A stretch of 57,775 nt of DNA from a virus. Lineage: Duplodnaviria > Caudoviricetes. Location of the stretch: IMG/VR virus record IMGVR_UViG_3300033996_000257, positions 1 through 57,775 of that record; one strand, 5' to 3'. The notes beneath the pieces are model-generated. The model was not told where the DNA came from. It saw nothing but the letters and a program-made list of their open reading frames with translations, and did not search any database. The position numbers and the translations under genes are program-made. Of the stretch, positions 53,075-57,775 are shown one piece after another; the first letter of the stretch is position 1, and the number at the start of each line of letters is the position of its first letter.

Positions 53075-53152
53075 TTTCCTTACATGCAAGTGGGGCGTAT
53101 CTGTCTGCATGTCGTCAGCCGGGACTGTCAGATACACCGGAAAACCCCGGAA
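53075..53152 (-). ncRNA. Candidate double-pseudoknot leader RNA
   Basis: Three interleaved helices ending next to the AAGGA SD. Confidence 0.55.
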
Positions 53153-53169
53153 TGGTTTGAATATACAGC

Positions 53170-53197
53170 AAAAGAAAAGGGGGCGCTAGCCCCCTTC
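53170..53197 (-). terminator. Rho-independent terminator after the major capsid gene
   Basis: AAGGGGGC-TAGC-GCCCCCTT then TTCTTTT on the minus strand. Confidence 0.85.
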
Positions 53198-53208
53198 CCT
53201 CAAGTCGC

Positions 53209-54138
53209 TTACGCGCCTGCTGAACCCCACATACCGAGAGGATCAGACCAGCCGAAGCTGTAACGCTCACGAGCTTTGTAACGGACGTTGCCGGTATCAA
53301 AGTCGCCGTCCATCGAGTTAGCCAAAGGCATACGCTCGAAATGCTTCATGCCGTTTGGAACGTCGGTAATCAAATACCAGCCGTTTGTATCGGTCAAGAA
53401 GTTGTTGACGGTATAGCCTTCTGGCACTACGCCCATTTGCTTCAACGCGTTGATGTCGTTGTCAGCAGTAGAGACGCGCAGTTCAGTGTCAAGCAAACGC
53501 TTGGCAACGAACATCAGTGAAGGAGGAATAACCATCTTGCGAGGCTTGGCGGCAATCAACAGACCACGCTCATCAGTCCATGCTGCGATTTGAATCACGG
53601 CATTTTCCAAAGAGGTTTCGTTCAAGTCCACACCAACGGAGGGGCTGTTGAAGTTCACACCACCGTTAACCAGTGGGTGGCCAACACGAGTGCTGGAGCT
53701 GTTGTTACCGAACAATGTGACACCGTCACCGCCCAAGTAAGAACCGTTAAAACCGTTGTTGATGACGGAAGCGGACTTAACTTGTTTGGTGAAGGCCATT
53801 GCACGGGCCAAGGCTTTGGTGTAGCGAGCAGACAAGCTGTCGTACAAGTTATCTTCAACCGCTTCTTCAGTGATTGAGAAACCCAAAGCAATGGTTTCGT
53901 GGTTGTAGCGGGCGGTGAATGCTTCTTGCGCATTGTCGTAAGCGATGGCAGAGCCTTCGTTCTTGACAGGTGCTGCACCGAAGCCAGCCAACTTGGTTTC
54001 TTCTTCAAAGCTACGCTCAGATTTCTCTGTTTCGTAGATCTCTTTGTGCTGTTCGCCGTAACGTGCATATTCCATGCCGAACAAAGCGTTCAGGCCGGGG
54101 AGCAGTTCTTTGAGTAGTTGTGCGCGTGAAATAGCCAT
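53209..54138 (-). CDS. Major capsid protein
   Basis: MAISRAQLLKELLPGLNALFG, K.EG.AI.YD, DFDTGNVRYKARERYSFGWSD; strong SD and downstream terminator. Confidence 0.9.
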   Translation of the reverse strand: MAISRAQLLKELLPGLNALFGMEYARYGEQHKEIYETEKSERSFEEETKLAGFGAAPVKNEGSAIAYDNAQEAFTARYNHETIALGFSITEEAVEDNLYDSLSARYTKALARAMAFTKQVKSASVINNGFNGSYLGGDGVTLFGNNSSSTRVGHPLVNGGVNFNSPSVGVDLNETSLENAVIQIAAWTDERGLLIAAKPRKMVIPPSLMFVAKRLLDTELRVSTADNDINALKQMGVVPEGYTVNNFLTDTNGWYLITDVPNGMKHFERMPLANSMDGDFDTGNVRYKARERYSFGWSDPLGMWGSAGA

Positions 54139-54149
54139 TTATGTGCTCC

Positions 54150-54752
54150 TTAGATGCCAACGGCGTTGGTGTAGGCGTGTGCGCCGGGGTTGAACTTAAC
54201 CAACACGTCTGGGAAGGCATCGGTAATTGGGGAAGCAAAACCAATGATCTTGAACGCGGCAGCGGCGGTTTGAGTGGTAGACTCCAATGCGCTGGTTGAG
54301 TTACCTGTACGGGTATTACCTGTAGAAGTGGACTGCACAGCAGCAAAGAAAGTGTTTGCACCGAGGTCTGACTGGTCAGCAACGCCGTCCAATTGTGCTT
54401 GGAAAGTCACATTGGGGTCGGTGATAACGTATGCAGTCACCACACCAGTTGTGCCAGATGGGTAGTATTGACCGTAGATTACTTGGCCCTGCGCGTTAAC
54501 GTAGGAGCAACCAACGAACACACCCCAAGCACCCAAGTTGTTGCCACCGAGGTTGTTGGTAGTTAAGTCTGCGCCAGTAGCGGTAGACAAAGCGATGTAA
54601 CCATCAGCGCCAATGATGACGACTTGCCCGTAAAACAGGTTTGTGCCTTCACCAGCGGGGTCAATCAAGAACTGACTCGTAGCGCCAGCATAGGGCATGC
54701 CGTCATTACGATTTACGGGGATTAGCCCGTAGGGGGTAGCTGTAGATGCCAT
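54150..54752 (-). CDS. Capsid-associated (cement/decoration) protein
   Basis: PYGL.P, GVFVGCSY, DP.V.F..Q; immediately upstream of the capsid gene. Confidence 0.65.
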   Translation of the reverse strand: MASTATPYGLIPVNRNDGMPYAGATSQFLIDPAGEGTNLFYGQVVIIGADGYIALSTATGADLTTNNLGGNNLGAWGVFVGCSYVNAQGQVIYGQYYPSGTTGVVTAYVITDPNVTFQAQLDGVADQSDLGANTFFAAVQSTSTGNTRTGNSTSALESTTQTAAAAFKIIGFASPITDAFPDVLVKFNPGAHAYTNAVGI

Positions 54753-54767
54753 TTAGAGACTCCTTGT

Positions 54768-55220
54768 TTACTTTGAACCTGAACCAAAACCCGCGCCGCG
54801 ACTGGTTGTTGACTTGCGGTCAGCAAACAAAGGCATACGCGAATCATTGTTTCGCATGAAGTGGTTATCCACTGATTCCATCTGGTTCTGAGCTTGCTGG
54901 TCGTAGTAGTCGTCCCGAGAACGCGCTTTTTCGGCAGACATCTTGCAAAGCATGAGTCCACCAATTTCGACGTTTCCTGTCTTTTCACTACCAGTAATCA
55001 TCAACTCAGGATGGTCTGCTGCTTTCACCGGCTCCCAGCCATCGCGAAACTTACGTGACACGTTGGTTGGTTCGTGCTGACCCAAGACATGTGTGGCTAC
55101 CCAACGGTAGACATATCCGGGTTCAGGTGTCGGATCGGGCAGTGCAGTCGGCGGTACGTATACAGCACGAGCTTGCTTATCGCGTGAGACGTTGTCACGA
55201 GGGGTACGGTTTTCAGCCAT
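54768..55220 (-). CDS. Conserved head-module hypothetical protein
   Basis: PGYVYRW, R.GWEPV, IGGLMLCK. Confidence 0.75.
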   Translation of the reverse strand: MAENRTPRDNVSRDKQARAVYVPPTALPDPTPEPGYVYRWVATHVLGQHEPTNVSRKFRDGWEPVKAADHPELMITGSEKTGNVEIGGLMLCKMSAEKARSRDDYYDQQAQNQMESVDNHFMRNNDSRMPLFADRKSTTSRGAGFGSGSK

Positions 55221-55221
55221 T

Positions 55222-56172
55222 TCAATTCTCCAATTTTGCTACTTGAGCAGCATACTGCTGCGGGGTTAATCCAAATTTCTTAGCCAGAGCTATCTGAGTC
55301 TGAGTTAATTGGATCTTTTTAGCTCCAGACGAACGTGTCGCTGGCGCTGCCACTGCCGCAGGCTTTCTTGGAGCATTGCCGTTCCTTGGCCTGTCTTCCG
55401 AACCACCGAACATTTCGGGGAACGTTGACTTCACGCGAGCATCAATCTGCTCGAAGTACTCATCGGTGCGAGGATCGACTCCTGAGTTGACTAGTTTTTG
55501 ATGCAGCCCTAGTGCAAAGCTGGTAACTTCTTCAAACCCGTTTGAGCCGAACCACTGGTTTTTGGCTTGCCAGCGCAAGGTTTTTTCGTCGGCTCGAACC
55601 TGTTGGGGTTCTTGGTAACGGGGTTGTACATCAACTTCTTGCGTTTGTAAAGGGGGTGGTCGGAAATTTTTTGTTTGCTCCACTTTCATCTTTGCTTCCA
55701 GCAACGCTTCTTGCGCGGCCAGAATAGCGTCCGTGTCAAACGCTTCCTGTGCAGCCTTGTACTCCCGCCGAGCTTTCTCCAACTCCGCACCTGCTGCGGT
55801 CTGAGCCATCTGGGTGTACTGCGCTGTCCCTGTATTGACGTATTGTTTGAGGCGTTGGTTTTCCTCTAACACTTGCTGTGCAAGACGCTCCAGCTCTTGC
55901 TTCTCACGAGCCAAGGACTCTTTAGCCCGACGCTCGTCGTGACGGGCATGGGTCAACTCCTTGATTCGATCCTGCGCACCTCTGGTGTAGGTTTCGATCT
56001 CATCGTCGGTTGGGTCTTCAACCTCTCTGTCCAATGGTCTACGACCACGGTCTTGGACGGGGGTATCGTCGATGACTTCAATTTCAACGTCATCCTCTTG
56101 TTCTGTCACATTGACATTTTTGCCATTGACATCAACTTCGGTTTCGTCGGGGAACTTATATGGTTCTGACAT
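55222..56172 (-). CDS. Putative scaffolding protein
   Basis: Acidic N-terminus, coiled coil, W..KN.WFG, LT..Q..LAKKFGL...QYA. Confidence 0.7.
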   Translation of the reverse strand: MSEPYKFPDETEVDVNGKNVNVTEQEDDVEIEVIDDTPVQDRGRRPLDREVEDPTDDEIETYTRGAQDRIKELTHARHDERRAKESLAREKQELERLAQQVLEENQRLKQYVNTGTAQYTQMAQTAAGAELEKARREYKAAQEAFDTDAILAAQEALLEAKMKVEQTKNFRPPPLQTQEVDVQPRYQEPQQVRADEKTLRWQAKNQWFGSNGFEEVTSFALGLHQKLVNSGVDPRTDEYFEQIDARVKSTFPEMFGGSEDRPRNGNAPRKPAAVAAPATRSSGAKKIQLTQTQIALAKKFGLTPQQYAAQVAKLEN

Positions 56173-56181
56173 TCCTACTCC

Positions 56182-56619
56182 TTATGCGCGGGTCAAGCCG
56201 CGAGGGTCTTGCACAACAGCGTCAATCTGATCGTCGTTAATCAGTCGAAACTCTTTTCCGAAAATCTTGAAGCGCGTACCGGAATATGTACGCACGAGCA
56301 CGAAGTCGCCTTCCTTGCACCACGGGCCACCGGGGAACTTGGTCTGGTCTTTGTACGCGTCTGGGCCAACCTTCAACACAAACAAAACGGTTGTGGCGCT
56401 TTCTTCTTGTCGCATGGTTGTGGCATCTCGAACCAAATCGAGACTTGTGCCAGCGATCTTTTCATCGACCTCTGGTACAGCACACAACAACTTCCAACCC
56501 GTAGGGGCTGGCAGCATCGTGGCTTTGGTTACATCGTCTGCATCTTGCTCGGGAGCGTCGATGGGTTGGATGGCTTCAGGCAGGGCGAACTGCCCCGGTT
56601 CTAGAACGAGTTCACTCAT
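56182..56619 (-). CDS. groES: GroES-like co-chaperonin
   Basis: P.GWKLL, VLKVGPDAY, WCKEGDFV, YSGT, RLINDD.I.AVV. Confidence 0.88.
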   Translation of the reverse strand: MSELVLEPGQFALPEAIQPIDAPEQDADDVTKATMLPAPTGWKLLCAVPEVDEKIAGTSLDLVRDATTMRQEESATTVLFVLKVGPDAYKDQTKFPGGPWCKEGDFVLVRTYSGTRFKIFGKEFRLINDDQIDAVVQDPRGLTRA

Positions 56620-56806
56620 TTGCTTTTTCCACTTTCTCAGCAAGGTCGATTAGATAGCGCTCTGCGGTGGCCAGACCCTGAATGACTCCGCAAAGTTTTT
56701 GGTACTCGTCAAAGTTGCGACACATCCCACCAGCCAAGTCATCGGCGTAGTTGTTCATGTCGGTGCGTATTTGTTCGCGCAATACGCGTGCGAATTCTGA
56801 AATCAT
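56612..56806 (-). CDS. Conserved small protein between portal and GroES
   Basis: L..G...FDEY..LCG.I.GL. Confidence 0.75.
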   Translation of the reverse strand: MISEFARVLREQIRTDMNNYADDLAGGMCRNFDEYQKLCGVIQGLATAERYLIDLAEKVEKANE

Positions 56807-57774
56807 TGTTTAGGCGTCTCCTTTGGGTTTTGTGCAGCTTGGTTTGCAAGCTGGGCTTTTTGCATCTTGTGTTGACCTGCTTTGTTCAGGGCATCCACTT
56901 GCAACTTCTTGTTCTCAAACTCTTGGCGAGCTTTGTCGTTCTTGAGTTGACCTGCTTTGGCCAACGCATCAAGCTGCATCTTCTTGTCGGCTTGTTTTGC
57001 TTGTTCCATCTTGGCCATGCCGTCCATCTGCAAGCGTTGTTGCTCAAGTTGCAATTTGCCTTGGACTTCTTGCTGACGAAGCTGCAACTCTTGTTGCTTG
57101 AGCTGCAACTCTTGCTGCTGCATCTGAACCATCGGGTCTTGCTGTTGCTGCTGCGCTTGCTGTTGAGCCGCTTGCGCTTGGCTCTGTTGAAGAACCTGCT
57201 GTGCAGCTTGGGCCATCATGGCCGACAACTGAATCTCGATCTCAGGTGGCATCTTCTCGTCTTCGGGAGGCAGGGGCATACCCAACTGTTGCTCGATCTT
57301 CAGCTTGTACGCGTAGCCAACGTGCTCAGCAACGTGGGCCATCATGGCTGCCTGAATCATCGGAGCCTTGGGGTTTTGGCCGATCAACTGCATCACGATG
57401 GGGTCTTGCATGGCGCTCATGTGCACCTTGATGTGTGACTCGTGGTCTTGGTAGAAGAACGCTTTGACCGGCTCGCCTTTGAGCACTGCCATGTTCTCGG
57501 CCACTGGGTCGCGGGGCTTCTGGTCGTCAGGCAGGGGCACGAGCTTGTCGGCATCCTTGATACCCAGCACCTCGAGCATCCCACGGTGTAGTTTGGGCAG
57601 GTCGTAAATCTCCGGAGCCATCTGCGCCATCTGGATCACGGCTTGGTACTGGACAACGCGTTGGCTCATGGTGGCCGCGTTGGGGTCGCTCACAGGGATG
57701 ATGTCGATGTGTGCGTAGTCTTCCCGTTTGGCTTTGCGTGGGGCATCGCTGTCTGGGTCGTAATCGTAGTCAGG
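56803..57774 (-). CDS. Portal protein, C-terminal part (5' end outside the window)
   Basis: Frame open to the window edge; DIIPVSDPN, DP..EN, QDH..HI..H, Gln-rich coiled-coil tail; gene position. Confidence 0.75.
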   Translation of the reverse strand, partial: PDYDYDPDSDAPRKAKREDYAHIDIIPVSDPNAATMSQRVVQYQAVIQMAQMAPEIYDLPKLHRGMLEVLGIKDADKLVPLPDDQKPRDPVAENMAVLKGEPVKAFFYQDHESHIKVHMSAMQDPIVMQLIGQNPKAPMIQAAMMAHVAEHVGYAYKLKIEQQLGMPLPPEDEKMPPEIEIQLSAMMAQAAQQVLQQSQAQAAQQQAQQQQQDPMVQMQQQELQLKQQELQLRQQEVQGKLQLEQQRLQMDGMAKMEQAKQADKKMQLDALAKAGQLKNDKARQEFENKKLQVDALNKAGQHKMQKAQLANQAAQNPKETPKQ

Positions 57775-57775
57775 G

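Larger units (their letters stand above)
1..57775. mobile_element. Tailed dsDNA bacteriophage genome, near-complete, podovirus-like
   Basis: Dense phage gene set (PolA, helicase, primase, portal, capsid, fibres, endolysin, spanins) in two convergent arms; no host housekeeping genes seen. Confidence 0.97.

Noticed and set aside
53070-53125. Hammerhead ribozyme (CUGACGA followed by a stem and GAAA on the minus strand)
   Set aside because: GAAA is separated from the stem by UAAG and belongs to the SD/A-run, and no stem III with NUH can be built; kept only as a generic structured leader

Overview
The window holds most of the genome of a tailed dsDNA bacteriophage with podovirus-like gene content. 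The spanins point to a Gram-negative host; a betaproteobacterial aquatic host is my guess only. There are two convergent arms. The + arm (330-21421) carries small early genes, a metallopeptidase-vWA / AAA-ATPase / helical-protein trio, VRR-NUC, a family-A DNA polymerase (Leu762 type), PD-(D/E)XK and HNH nucleases, an SNF2-type helicase, an SSB-like protein, a Cro-like HTH and a primase/DUF927 protein. The - arm (21342-57775) carries a portal truncated by the window edge, GroES, scaffold, major capsid, a run of tiny basic proteins, adaptors, tail fibres, a lysis cassette, a tail tube/stabilisation protein and ejection proteins ending in a 2816-aa polyvalent protein. I saw no terminase, integrase, RNA polymerase, tRNA or CRISPR array. 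The strongest unexplained signals are: (i) a ~160-nt three-hairpin element at 10213-10376 whose loops all have complementary partners; (ii) a double-pseudoknot leader at 53075-53152 just after the capsid terminator; (iii) a [YFML]-x-x-GG motif, plus a DGxAx(K/R)GKT(K/R)G tail, shared by many otherwise dissimilar late proteins; (iv) a nested ~273-bp palindrome around an AT-rich core at the left end; and (v) an extended membrane/lipoprotein cassette upstream of the spanins whose first gene appears to start at AUU. All family names come from recognising motifs by eye, not from database searches.
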